The notes under the pieces were generated by a model. The model was not told where the DNA came from, did not search any database, and worked only from the letters and a program-made list of their open reading frames with translations. This document shows, piece by piece, positions 23,186-34,397 of a stretch of DNA of 60,820 nt (its first letter is position 1; every line of letters begins with the position of its first letter). The stretch comes from Nemertoderma westbladi. Taxonomy: Eukaryota; Animalia; Xenacoelomorpha. Where the stretch lies: the NCBI GenBank assembly GCA_032718475.1, contig JAUCBJ010000506.1, forward strand, positions 1-60,820. Reading direction: 5' to 3'. A program made the translations under genes and the position numbers.

Positions 23186-24370
23186 ATGTCTGACACCCAG
23201 CAAAACCTGTCAGACAGTCTAATCGATACAACCATCTGTGACACAGATAGGAGTGTGGAGCGATTAAGAAAGGAGTTCAGCTCACCTCCTACTGAAAGAA
23301 AGGTCATCCCTCCAGTAGTAGTATCAGACCCTAAGCTAATCCAACACCGTAGGTCTATCATCGGCACTCGGGCCCAAGTCAAACGGAACCAGGAAGCAGC
23401 TGTCCAACAGCAGCAACATCCTAGTCAAGAAACTTGTTCCCAGCGATCAGATAGCTCCAGTAGTTCGGATACTGTAGAGCTGACCCCCGAACGCGGATTG
23501 CAGATGGCGGCTACAGCCTACTCGGACCCCCTTCTCACCCTTCCTGCCGCAGTACTAACTACTATATTGATTGCGGTGGAGGAACATCAAGCCGATTGGG
23601 CGAGAAGTATGAGAGCGACCCAAGATAATTATGCGGGATACGCCAGGGAAGAATTGATGTCTATTGTCGAGTCACAATGGAACTTTCCCGGACTCGGACT
23701 CCCGTTAGATTTGTCCGAAGCTACTTGGGAAGATATACACAGGATGGGAGTGACTAAAGATACAATGGATCCAGCTGTTTGGAAGAGGTCGGCAGCAGGA
23801 TATGTGCACATTGTGCAGGGATTCTTCGGCTCCTTGGAGCGATTGGAAGAACAACTGTTTCGACAACCCCAAGGACCTCAAGAGCAGGAAGAGCTGCTAT
23901 ATCAAGTACGCGAAAGAACCCTACGCATTAGACTAATCCTATCAGCCTTTGAGGAAACTTCCAAAAGAAGACAGGACACGTCGCTGCAGGTTGCTGTCAA
24001 AACTTGGTTCCAGCGGGTAGGTCTCAAAGTACAAGAAACGGACCAGTGGAAATCCCAGCTGTCTGAGAGACTAACCTATGAAGAACCAACCGATGCCACC
24101 CTTTCTCAAGTGGAAGGCGAAGAGACCGCAGAGAGACCACGAACGAGAGACGCCATCGACATTTATCTGTCCGACTATCAGCGATTCCTAGGAGACGAAG
24201 AGTTGAGGAGACGGCTGTCTGGACTTTCCCCTAATAGTGAAGGAACCCAGCGTGTGTTAGACTCCATCGATGCTGAAATGTTAGCTGCTAACCAAGCTGA
24301 ATTTGATGAAAAACTCCGCCTCACTAGAGTCCAAGAAGAACAAGTAAAGAAAAAACGGATAGAGGACTGA
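23186..24370 (+). CDS. N-terminal extension of BEL/Pao gag (394 aa), separated from the main ORF by one in-frame TGA
   Basis: Same frame as 24395-31264, with 24 nt between the stop and the next ATG; helical/coiled-coil composition. Confidence 0.7.
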   Translation: MSDTQQNLSDSLIDTTICDTDRSVERLRKEFSSPPTERKVIPPVVVSDPKLIQHRRSIIGTRAQVKRNQEAAVQQQQHPSQETCSQRSDSSSSSDTVELTPERGLQMAATAYSDPLLTLPAAVLTTILIAVEEHQADWARSMRATQDNYAGYAREELMSIVESQWNFPGLGLPLDLSEATWEDIHRMGVTKDTMDPAVWKRSAAGYVHIVQGFFGSLERLEEQLFRQPQGPQEQEELLYQVRERTLRIRLILSAFEETSKRRQDTSLQVAVKTWFQRVGLKVQETDQWKSQLSERLTYEEPTDATLSQVEGEETAERPRTRDAIDIYLSDYQRFLGDEELRRRLSGLSPNSEGTQRVLDSIDAEMLAANQAEFDEKLRLTRVQEEQVKKKRIED

Positions 24371-24394
24371 AAGGCAGCTGCAGTAACAGCGGCA

Positions 24395-27300
24395 ATGGCC
24401 GAAGTGGAAGCAGAAGGAAAGGCAGCGGCGGCAGAAGCAGAAGTAGAAAGAAAGGCAGCGGCGGCAGAAGCAGAAGCAGAAAGAAAAGCAGCAAAGGCAG
24501 TGGCAGAAGCAGAACGGAGAGCCTCTGAGGAGACTACCCAACTGGAGTTGGAAAATCTGCAAGAGACGCAAGACAACATAAATAAACAGTTAACTGCTAG
24601 TCACATGCAGATGATGAGAAGATCTACTCCCAAACGCCAGGGATATACATCATCGGAGGAAAGCGAAACCACCGATCCTGAAGGCGGAGGAAATAGATCT
24701 CGTCTAAGCAGGCGTAGAAAAACATCTTACCGTCACAAATTGCCTGATTTGCCCCCAGCTGTTAGAAGACAACTAGCTAGCACCGACTTAAGTAGTATAG
24801 AACCTACAGACCAAATTATTAAGGTCAAAAAACTCCCTACTATAGTTGATGAGCCTGAAATAATTAGGCCTGTCGTTCCCAAAGTCACTCCTGTGCTAGA
24901 GACCCCTGTACTTCCAGAGCTTAACTCTAAGTTCCCTTTACACAGTACTACACTGCCTGTACCCGGTAGAACAGTCCATGAGAATATCCCTGTCCTGGAA
25001 GCTGAGAGAGAAATCAAAGATTTGTCTCCCGTCGTCCCGCGTCAGCCCGCTACAATGTTGGCGACTCCCGCTTCGGCGGTCGAGTGGGTAGAGGAGGGAC
25101 GGCGGGGGATGAATCTCCTGCTTGGACAGATGCAGGAGACTGTCCACCAACTTAAGGGAACAGTAAGGGAAGGTAGGGCCGAATTGCAAGAAGTGCAGCA
25201 AAGTATCGCGCTAGAACGCGACAAATTAGTCAATATCCAAAAAGGGATACCAATACCCCCTGTAAAATTGTGTCAACCTGTTAGGTCTGAAGTATTACAT
25301 GCGCAAGGTGTGGAGCCTACACGCATCTATACTGCTAGTGAAGTAGAAACTCCTATAGCAAACCCTATTAAGGGTGATTATAGACCTGTTGTTAATGATA
25401 TTCCTTATAGACCTGATAATGATCCGAGAAATTTATATACCGATAATTCGATATTAAATAACACGATGGCCCAAGAAAGCTTTACGCGTCAGATGGCTAG
25501 AACAGAAGCCCGCCAAGCGGTCAAAGTGGGAGAGATCGTCAAATTCAATGGAGATGAGATGAAATGGTTACCTTTCAACGAATATTACAAAGACAGCATA
25601 CAGAACTATGTGCTATCTAACGGAGAGAAACTTAGGTTCCTCATCAAGTGCTTGGAAGGACCTCCCAAGTTAATGGCGTTAAAGTTTATTGGACATCCAG
25701 AAGGATTAAGACAAGTTTGGGATACATTAAACATCAGGTATGGTAACAAGGATAACATAGCTAAGTATTTGTATGCAAAATTAGTAGCCCCCCGAAACTT
25801 CCTTAGTAGCGGGATTATAGAGTTTTCCGATGAGATTCAGGAGATCTGTAGACAATTGGACTGGTTAGGTAAGTCTCATGAATATCAGAGTTCCATGGTT
25901 ATTGGAGCCGTAGTCTCTACTTTACCAAAGGGTGGAGTATGTACACGCTGGGACAAGAAAGTGTTGTACATGAATGAACAACAACGACGAAGCCCTACCA
26001 TGGCTGATCTCATGTCCTTCTTAGATGGTGAGGTAAAACTACAACTCATCAAGCAGTCCAGAGAGAAAACATCGGAAAATAAGGTAAGTGAGAAACCCGC
26101 TTCTAGGAGAAGAGTAACACCGGTGTGTTACACTGACGACGGCGAAAGCCAAGCTTCTCAAGAAGAGGACAGCGGGAAAGACACTGATCGATCTTACTAT
26201 GTTGGCAAAACCTCAAAAGACGTAAGTAAATACAAAGCTCGAACCAACGATAGGAGAGAACAGGTTGCCAAGACCCCTCCTCAGTCCCCTAACAGAATGC
26301 ACGTAAGAAAGCCTGAACAAAGAACGAGAGTGCATCAAGTTACCCAAGGTAAAGTGAGTAACATAAAACCTAACTGTGCGCTGTGCGACGGTACCCACCG
26401 TTTGAGTGCGTGTGCTGAATTTCTAAAGAAATCCCTTGTAGACAGACGTGCAGTCGTATGGGATAAGCGGTTATGCTATAATTGCCTCAGACCAGGACAC
26501 CAACGGCGAACCTGTTACTCCGACGTAAAGTGTGCAAAGTGTAGCGCGAAACATCACATCTTGTTACACAGTGAGTTCGACCGAGACAACCCGAGTCAGG
26601 TAAGTGAGCCCGAACTACATGTCCAATTCAGTGATGTAAACGACACTGATCAAGAATCTGAGATGGAAGGATTCTATACTGACGAATTCTCCGACGCCAA
26701 CGAATCATGTTATCTAATCAATACCGCAGTGTATCGAGCACTTACTCATGAAAAGGACACCAACAATGAGTTTTCCCCAACTACTTTTGCCAGACAACCA
26801 TCTTGGAAAGCTCCAACTTCCAACGTAGGAATCAGAGAATTTCCTGTAGTGCAGGTAAGAGTTCACGGTCCTAACAAAAGTTACATAGTGAACGCACTCC
26901 TTGACTCCGGCAGCACAGGAACATTCATCGATCAAGAACTAGCCGAAGATATCTTTGCTGGACAACCCAAATTCTGGACTAAATTGAATATGTCAGGAAT
27001 TATGCAGGTTTGGAAATCTACCCTAATGGCAGATTACTATGTAGGTGTGTTGTCCACCCCCCAGGATAAATTAGGAGCACAAGGTATAAGGTCGGTAAAA
27101 ATGGTGGCTATAAAGAACTTCGCTACTACTCAGGCAGACCTTTATAATTGGGACGAGGATGAGAGCATCCAACATCTTAAGATACCTCGATTCCAGACAG
27201 ATTATCCTGGAGTGCAAATACTCATCGGCCAAAACGCGCATGAGGCGCTCGAAACATTGGAGAAACGGCCTGCTCAACCACAGCCACTGCAAACCTATGC

Positions 27301-30300
27301 GGTAAGAACTAGAGTAGGTTGGTACTTTACTGGCCCTTCCCGCAGGACTCTCGAAGAGAGAATGCCACAAGAACGAATATACCGAGTAAACGATTGGGAA
27401 GTGGAGAGCAGTGAGGTGGACGAACTAACTGAGGAAACACCATACTCCTCAGATAATGACGACATCTACCAACTCTTCGATGAAGAGAACACAATCGACC
27501 TACTTACAGAAAACCAAACTTGGAAAAATCAGGTGAACCTATGTCAACTGATTCGCCCATCGGAACCCATCGCTTACAATGACGAACTAAACGATGAGAT
27601 AGAGCGCTACAACGCTAGAACTCGGGACGAACTAGCTGTACGATTCTTTACTCAAGAACTGGTAGAGCCCAATTCATACGATAAGGCCCTATCGATAGAA
27701 GAAGAAAGAGCCAAGCAAATCCAGGAAACAACTACACGTTTTTTAAAGGACCAAGGTAGATATGAAATCGGCCTACCATTTCGAAAACGAGAACCTAGAT
27801 TTATAAATAACAGACCCTTGGCAGAGAAAAGAATCGCTCAATTACATCGACGCCTTACGGCTAATGCTTCAGTTAAAGAAATGTACCAAACTCAGCTGAA
27901 GAAATTTATAACAAAGGGATACGCGGAGCGAGTACCGGAAGGAACACCAGTGACTGAGAGAACGTATTACTTAACACATCATTACGTTCCCAAACCCGGT
28001 AAACCCCACGAAGTACGAGTCGTATTCGATGGCTCCGCCCTATATATGGGCCAATCCCTCAATTCCGAGTTGTTACCAGGACCCAACTTACTCCAATCTT
28101 TGTTGGGAATACTTTTAAGATTAAGACAATATTCCATCGCGTTCGCCTCCGATATAGAAGGAATGTTCTTACAAGTCAAGGCGCTGGATAGAGATAGAGA
28201 CAGCCTGAGATTTCTGTGGTGGCCTGAAGGAGACCTCAATCAGAAACCGGTAGAGTACTGGATGACCATCCAGGCTTTTGGAATCATATCAAGCGCTTCC
28301 AACGCCTGCTCCGTGGTGCGAACCACTGCGAATGACAATCGAGACTCCTTCTCAAAAGAGGTGATAGACAACATCAAATGGAATATATACATGGACGACA
28401 ATTTAAGGTCCCTTCCATCAGTAGAAGAAGCCATAGATGTCGCGAAAGGAACGGTAGAGTGTTTGAAAAGAGGTGGATTTCGACTGACGAAATTCACCAG
28501 CAACTCCCGTGAGTTTCTGGAAGCGATACCGGTAGAAGACCGAGGAGCGAAAGACCTAGACTTAATAAAGGACGATCTTCCTGAAACCAAGACGCTTGGC
28601 TTGAAGTGGGACACTGAAAGAGACATCCTGTTTTTTCAGTTAAAACAGCGAGATAACCCAGTTCGGACCAAACGGATTTGTTTAAGTATCCTGAGCACTT
28701 ATTTCGACCCATTGGGATTTATAAGCCCAGTTATATTGATTGCTCGGAGTTTAGTACAACAAATGTGGCTTGAAAACCACTCATGGGACGATCCGCTTAA
28801 GGGAAAGAAATGGATGAAATGGGAAGATTCTCTACCTGCCATCGAGAACTTTATAATTTCCCGTGCATATTTTGGCCATGTTCTTCCTACGCATTCCTAT
28901 CAACTCCATGTGTTTGGAGACGCCAGCGACATGGGAATAGGTATAGTAGCATATCTGCGAGTCGAAACTCCGGATGGAATCAAAGTTGCCTTGGTTACCT
29001 CTAAGGCATTGATTAACAACAAGTTAAAGGTTCCTCGAGCGGAGTTAAAGGCGGCTTTATACGCTACAGCCATCGGCCGGAACGTAACAGAACAAATCGA
29101 CTATCCACTGGAGAAAACGGTTTATTGGACCGACGCTTTACTCGTGTTGGAGTATCTAACCAATGAAGTCTGTCAGTTCAGCGTTTTTGTTACTAACAGG
29201 GTAGCTATTATTCTTAGTCGCACAAAGATAGATCAATGGAGACATTGCCCTGGTACGATTAATCCAGCCGATATCGCCTCCAGGGGAGCAACTCCACAGG
29301 AACTGATAGATACTCCAGACTGGTTGGGTGGACCCGACTTCCTGAGCAAGGAAGAGGATGAATGGCCTCCTCACCTTACTACGGCGGAGATTAGACAAGC
29401 CAAGGGAGCGGAGACAGTCAAACCTAAAACCCGGGCGAGTAAATCGAAGTTATTTAAACCGACTATCGATCTATCTGTATTACATACTTCCGGAAACGAT
29501 GCTTCGGATCCACAATCCCTTGCCACAAATAAGTCTGTTGTGGAAATTAGAGATAGAGATTGGAAATCTGGAATACCAGACGTCTCGCAAGGAATCTCAC
29601 CCATGCTGCAGAGAGCAATGCATCACTACAGTTCCTGGAATCGGCTCTGTAAAGCCGTCACATATTTAAGGCGATGTTTTCATCATCACTACTCCAGGAC
29701 GAAGACCATTAGTGATGCCGCTCCATTGACATCTGCGCAAGTTCATATTATTAAAAATTTACCCAAATATAAGACATCTGACCGTTTTCTAAAGGAGAAA
29801 ATTAGTCACCAGGAGCATGAAGAAACCAATAAGCAGATACTGAGACTCCTGCAATGCTATGAGGATTCCGAAAAGTATTTCCTGTTGTTGAGAAATCCGC
29901 AGATGCGCTTAAGGGATCGCTTCTCTAGCACAATGATAGATGGGTTAATACGTGTTGGAGGAAGGCTCACCAATGCGCCATTATCCTTTGACACTAAATT
30001 CCCCATACTCATTAGAAATCTTGAAGTACAAATCAAGATGATTGTAGATGTTCACAGCAAACTTTATCATGCTGGTAGAGAACGAGTTCTTAGCGAAATT
30101 CGAACTCGCTATTATTTTGATAAACCCCGTAGAGCTCTGAACCAAGTTCTTAGGAACTGCATACCCTGTAGGAAAGCATTCAGTAGGCCTTTAACCCAGC
30201 GAGAGGCAGAATTACCTAGGGAACGAGTAAGCTTCTATGAACCACCTTTTACTAATACTGGTGTAGATTTATTTGGCTCTATTGAAGTATATCGTGCTCG

Positions 30301-31264
30301 GACTATAGTCAAGAGATGGTGTGTCATCTTCGTATGCATGACTTGTAGAGCCATCCATCTCGATATGGTGAACGATCTATCTACCAACAGCTTCGTCTTA
30401 AGTTTACGCCGACAGATCGCTCGCTTCGGGACGAGTAATACCATGAGATCGGACAAGGGAACGAACTTCATTGGTGCCAACAACGAAATACAGGCTTACG
30501 TGAAGGACTGGAACCAAAGACAGGTGGACGACCAGCTAAGGATAACAGCGTCTAGCTGGACCTTCAACGCCGCCGACGCCCCTTGGTGGGGAGGAAGTTG
30601 GGAGAGATTAATTCGAAGTGTCAAAACCGCATTTCACTTTATAGTGCCATGCCGCGCGTATCTCACCGACGAACTTTTGCGGATGTTAATGGAGGAAATA
30701 GCTGCCTATCTCAACGAGAGACCGCTTATGCCAGTCTCATCGAGTCCCGATTCCCTGGAAGCGCTAACACCCGCGCACTTCCTACTGAAGAAACCTGTAG
30801 CCATGCTCCCACGATCGGAGATTGCCGACGGAGACGAATACTGCCGTCGAACTTGGCAACTTATGCAGTTGCTATCCCGTCGTTTCGCTGACCATTTCGA
30901 GAAACATTATCTGCTCACGCTACACCTTCGAACTAAGTGGTTTGCGCAGCAAGAAAACGTCAGCGCCGGAGATATGGTGCTTATTGTAGATCCAGACCTC
31001 CCACGTAAACGGTGGCAGACAGGTCGTATCATCGAGACTCACATCTCGGATGATGGTTTAGTACGCTCGGTAGAACTCGTCGTCATGCGGCGTAACTTCA
31101 AGAAGCCAGGCATAATCTTTGAGACGCAACAACTCAATCGCCCAGTTGGTCGTTTATGTTTACTTGAAAGAGACAGAGAACTCTCTGGAAACTATGGAAG
31201 GCAAGACACTCTTCCCACGACCACCTCCCTAATTCCTCAAACATCTAGGGACTCCCCAACGTGA
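24395..31264 (+). CDS. BEL/Pao gag-pol polyprotein (2289 aa)
   Basis: Gag core FNGD..W..F; three Cys/His knuckles (CALCDGTHRLSAC, CYNCLRPGHQRRTC, CAKCSAKHHILLH); protease LLDSGS; RT RVVFDGS, SDIEGMF, YMDD; RNase H LHVFGDAS; integrase HHCC, TGVDLFG, SDKGTNF, GGSWERL; C-terminal KW...GD.VL...W..GRI. Confidence 0.97.
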   Translation: MAEVEAEGKAAAAEAEVERKAAAAEAEAERKAAKAVAEAERRASEETTQLELENLQETQDNINKQLTASHMQMMRRSTPKRQGYTSSEESETTDPEGGGNRSRLSRRRKTSYRHKLPDLPPAVRRQLASTDLSSIEPTDQIIKVKKLPTIVDEPEIIRPVVPKVTPVLETPVLPELNSKFPLHSTTLPVPGRTVHENIPVLEAEREIKDLSPVVPRQPATMLATPASAVEWVEEGRRGMNLLLGQMQETVHQLKGTVREGRAELQEVQQSIALERDKLVNIQKGIPIPPVKLCQPVRSEVLHAQGVEPTRIYTASEVETPIANPIKGDYRPVVNDIPYRPDNDPRNLYTDNSILNNTMAQESFTRQMARTEARQAVKVGEIVKFNGDEMKWLPFNEYYKDSIQNYVLSNGEKLRFLIKCLEGPPKLMALKFIGHPEGLRQVWDTLNIRYGNKDNIAKYLYAKLVAPRNFLSSGIIEFSDEIQEICRQLDWLGKSHEYQSSMVIGAVVSTLPKGGVCTRWDKKVLYMNEQQRRSPTMADLMSFLDGEVKLQLIKQSREKTSENKVSEKPASRRRVTPVCYTDDGESQASQEEDSGKDTDRSYYVGKTSKDVSKYKARTNDRREQVAKTPPQSPNRMHVRKPEQRTRVHQVTQGKVSNIKPNCALCDGTHRLSACAEFLKKSLVDRRAVVWDKRLCYNCLRPGHQRRTCYSDVKCAKCSAKHHILLHSEFDRDNPSQVSEPELHVQFSDVNDTDQESEMEGFYTDEFSDANESCYLINTAVYRALTHEKDTNNEFSPTTFARQPSWKAPTSNVGIREFPVVQVRVHGPNKSYIVNALLDSGSTGTFIDQELAEDIFAGQPKFWTKLNMSGIMQVWKSTLMADYYVGVLSTPQDKLGAQGIRSVKMVAIKNFATTQADLYNWDEDESIQHLKIPRFQTDYPGVQILIGQNAHEALETLEKRPAQPQPLQTYAVRTRVGWYFTGPSRRTLEERMPQERIYRVNDWEVESSEVDELTEETPYSSDNDDIYQLFDEENTIDLLTENQTWKNQVNLCQLIRPSEPIAYNDELNDEIERYNARTRDELAVRFFTQELVEPNSYDKALSIEEERAKQIQETTTRFLKDQGRYEIGLPFRKREPRFINNRPLAEKRIAQLHRRLTANASVKEMYQTQLKKFITKGYAERVPEGTPVTERTYYLTHHYVPKPGKPHEVRVVFDGSALYMGQSLNSELLPGPNLLQSLLGILLRLRQYSIAFASDIEGMFLQVKALDRDRDSLRFLWWPEGDLNQKPVEYWMTIQAFGIISSASNACSVVRTTANDNRDSFSKEVIDNIKWNIYMDDNLRSLPSVEEAIDVAKGTVECLKRGGFRLTKFTSNSREFLEAIPVEDRGAKDLDLIKDDLPETKTLGLKWDTERDILFFQLKQRDNPVRTKRICLSILSTYFDPLGFISPVILIARSLVQQMWLENHSWDDPLKGKKWMKWEDSLPAIENFIISRAYFGHVLPTHSYQLHVFGDASDMGIGIVAYLRVETPDGIKVALVTSKALINNKLKVPRAELKAALYATAIGRNVTEQIDYPLEKTVYWTDALLVLEYLTNEVCQFSVFVTNRVAIILSRTKIDQWRHCPGTINPADIASRGATPQELIDTPDWLGGPDFLSKEEDEWPPHLTTAEIRQAKGAETVKPKTRASKSKLFKPTIDLSVLHTSGNDASDPQSLATNKSVVEIRDRDWKSGIPDVSQGISPMLQRAMHHYSSWNRLCKAVTYLRRCFHHHYSRTKTISDAAPLTSAQVHIIKNLPKYKTSDRFLKEKISHQEHEETNKQILRLLQCYEDSEKYFLLLRNPQMRLRDRFSSTMIDGLIRVGGRLTNAPLSFDTKFPILIRNLEVQIKMIVDVHSKLYHAGRERVLSEIRTRYYFDKPRRALNQVLRNCIPCRKAFSRPLTQREAELPRERVSFYEPPFTNTGVDLFGSIEVYRARTIVKRWCVIFVCMTCRAIHLDMVNDLSTNSFVLSLRRQIARFGTSNTMRSDKGTNFIGANNEIQAYVKDWNQRQVDDQLRITASSWTFNAADAPWWGGSWERLIRSVKTAFHFIVPCRAYLTDELLRMLMEEIAAYLNERPLMPVSSSPDSLEALTPAHFLLKKPVAMLPRSEIADGDEYCRRTWQLMQLLSRRFADHFEKHYLLTLHLRTKWFAQQENVSAGDMVLIVDPDLPRKRWQTGRIIETHISDDGLVRSVELVVMRRNFKKPGIIFETQQLNRPVGRLCLLERDRELSGNYGRQDTLPTTTSLIPQTSRDSPT

Positions 31265-31787
31265 TACGTCTGGAGTGGGTGTATGACTATATTATTTTAT
31301 CTATTTTATTATATTTTTATATGCGAACTTTATTATGTACTTTATTATAATAGTTTTTATTCAATTTTATTTAGTAGAATGTTATTTTAGTGATTATTTA
31401 GTAGATTAGTGCAATATATTAGTGTTTATTACGTACGTAATTACTTATAATATATATTTAGTGCGACGGCGAGAAAATAATTATTTTTCTCTTTCCTTAC
31501 TGTCCGTATCATATTATAAATACGTGACTACAGTAAGATGAAATGTCCGTACTTCTTAAAGTACAATAAAGCCACTACTATATTCAAGTATTATTGGTAG
31601 GCAGAGTATTAGGAATGCAAAATTCAGATCCTCGTGTCTCGGCTAAACCAAGCTCTGGGTAGACCTTGGAAACGACTTGCCTCTTCACACTGACATTGCT
31701 TCGTGCGATATTGCTCTTCTACCTTATATTAAATAATACATATAGTAGCGTGATGTCCCTCTAACAGTAGCGTAAAACGCAAATAAA

Positions 31788-32075
31788 TCTGTTAAACCTT
31801 TTGACCATCTGTAATTCTGGTCGATTGAGATATCGCGGCACCCACCGATATACTTGAAAGACAAATTCTAGAATCAGTGGTTAACGTCCCCAGACAAGTT
31901 CTGGAATAAATCGGTGCCCATCTTAAATATTAATTTAATATTTAGTAAAATCTGTAAAATTCAGATCCTTTAAATTTCTAGTCAATTAAGATATCGCAGC
32001 ACTTACCGATACGCTTAAAAGACAATTGTCATAGAATTAAGGATCCTATGTCCCCAGACATGCTCTGGAATAAAA
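31788..32075 (+). repeat. Diverged ~160-bp direct repeat in the BEL 3' region
   Basis: AGATATCGC.GCAC..ACCGATA..CTT.AAAGACAA...GTCCCCAGACA.G.TCTGGAATAAA occurs twice. Confidence 0.75.
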
Positions 32076-32892
32076 ATTGTGTCAATTTTAACATCAAATA
32101 ATAAAATTCACGGGAATAAATTTAAATTCATATTTTAAATGAATTTCATAAATTGTCATTTTGCGCAATTTATAACATTCCCAAAATTCCATTAATTAAT
32201 AGATCATGGGAGCGGAGATTCACCCTATTGAGTGTATTAGAGTGCGAGAATCTCCAACATATAGTCAATAGCCGATAAAATTAATAAAATCATACATAAA
32301 GAGGATATTGACAATTAAAGAATTATTATTAAATAGCATTCCAGATCTGTATGCATGAGAATTACCCTAATTCTACCGCTAGCATTCCATAATGTCACCA
32401 TAGCAACACCCACGCTAGAATTAGAAGCAAGTTAAAAGAACAATAGAAAGCTTGTCCCATTGCATAGCATAGAGAATACATAGCACACTGTTAGTATCCA
32501 AGGATACACAGTAATAACGTGACATTCTGGAAGGCACTGACTAACGGACAAATGGCCTGTATGTGTACAATTGGTGACAGTTGTGTGGAATTTGTGCGTT
32601 TGTAGGTGAATGTTACTGCTAAGGTGTGTTTACAGTAGCTAGTCGCAATTGTGAAAGTAGCCCAACTCTCCTATAGAAAGAACCTAAAGTGGATTCAAGC
32701 CTTTGGGACGGACAGTGGAGTGACTTGTGCCGGTTATCGTTGTCGTGATGTTGCTACATGTTGGCGTAAACACCGCGACGACGGTACATCGGCGCTGAGA
32801 ATCCCACTGTCTGGGGCGAAGAGAGGTAGGCAGCGACGCCCGCTCGCCTAAACATAAACTCATTACAATATTAATAAACTCAGATAGCAGAT

Positions 32893-34276
32893 ATGACGGA
32901 GTTGATAGAAGATGATCTTGGTATCAGGGAGCGATATACTCTACCTTTACAAGCATTTGTGGATAGCTTGATACGCGATGAAGCCGATCCAACCATTACG
33001 GAGGACGATGGTCGTTATATCGAACTGCCGATGTCCCAAGAGCAACTTACGCGTGAATTGGACTATCGAAAATTCACCGCTCGCTATACGCATCGTAATG
33101 GTACGTATATGGACTTCCTAACTACCGGCCATCCTATCGATTTACATGATACGGACGATGTAGACACCGAAAGGGAAATGGTTCTATTTAAATATCATAC
33201 CCAGCGGAGTCGTAACGATAAACCGAAAATAGATCACGAAAATTCTATTCGTAACAGACTGGGAAGACGAACCAATATGCCTAGAATCTGAGGAGATTCA
33301 GCCTATCGCGCCCGGAACAGCGACAACAATTACATCCTAGAATGGTATCAAGGTCCACAGTGTCTCACTGCGTACGATTATCGCCATGCCAACTATGTTT
33401 CTCAGCAACGTTGTCGGTTATGCGCATCGAGAGACCATGTTACGCCCATGGACACAAACGTCCGCTGTTCCTATTTCCACGAACAACCGGCGATGGAAAT
33501 TTATTGCGCGTATTGCAGACTCAATAACTTGCACATTTTTGCAGTTTGCCCTCAATTTATGACTCAATGGCAACATTGTCAACTAAAGGGACGCGCCAGT
33601 TTCGATTGCCCTTTTTAATCACGATTTGGAAAGCGTAGATGAAATGATCACACTACGTTACATCAGAGCTTGGGAAGCGAACGCTGATTTACATCGTGAT
33701 TCGCGCCATCGTTATTATCCTGGACGCGCTTACGAAGGAGTTTATGCGTTCCATCCTTATCTATTCGCTTCTGTCGAACAGAAATCACGCATATCGAGTT
33801 ACGAACTACTGAAGCGCGTCGGAGAATGTATTTCAACCAAGTTTGTACGCAAATTTCTCAGGAGTGTTAATCCTAGCGACCTTCATTCCTATAGCTTAAT
33901 CAATTATATCCGTCAGGACCCAGACTATGGAGACTTATTTGTTAACTCACACCCCGAGTTACAGGAAGTATATCGACGGCCTTACGAATACCGAGCCCGC
34001 GAATGCGAGTTGGAAAGAACCATTAAACCCAGGAAGTTTCTGACTGCCTATGGTCCACCCACGGCTCTCGTTCAGACCACTCGTAAAGGACCCGTAAGAG
34101 AGGCTGTCTTAAAACGCGCTCTCAAAGCCGTTAGACCCCTCTCCCCCGACGTTGATGTCAATCAACCCGGCACTTCGACTGGCGGATACACCGACCATAA
34201 TCCTACACCCTCTGATGCAATTATATTGCACCCTTCACCCAGGAGTTCGCCCCAAAAAGAAAAAGACTCTGGCTAG
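32893..34276 (+). pseudogene. Extra ORF in the env position of the BEL element: zinc-knuckle protein of about 460 aa, interrupted by one TGA and one +1 shift
   Basis: The frame of 32893-33291 stays open past the TGA to 33618 (CRLCASRDH, CAYCRLNNLHIFAVCP, QHCQLKGRASFDCP); a +1 shift at CCT TTT TAA joins ORF 33626-34276. Confidence 0.65.
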
Positions 34277-34388
34277 CTTTAAAAAACTGCGTAAACGCCG
34301 TCCGCGTAAGAAAGACTAACTGTTTAGAGTATTTACGTATATTAGAAACTGTGATTTTGTATATTTTATAGACTCAAATCCCATTTTC

Positions 34389-34397
34389 TGGGAGCGG
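34389..34397 (+). other. Polypurine tract (plus-strand primer) of the BEL/Pao element
   Basis: TGGGAGCGG directly abuts the TGT start of the 3' LTR. Confidence 0.75.

Noticed and set aside
24368-24370. Selenocysteine recoding of the in-frame TGA
   Set aside because: The repeat context predicts Arg rather than Cys, and no SECIS was recognised.
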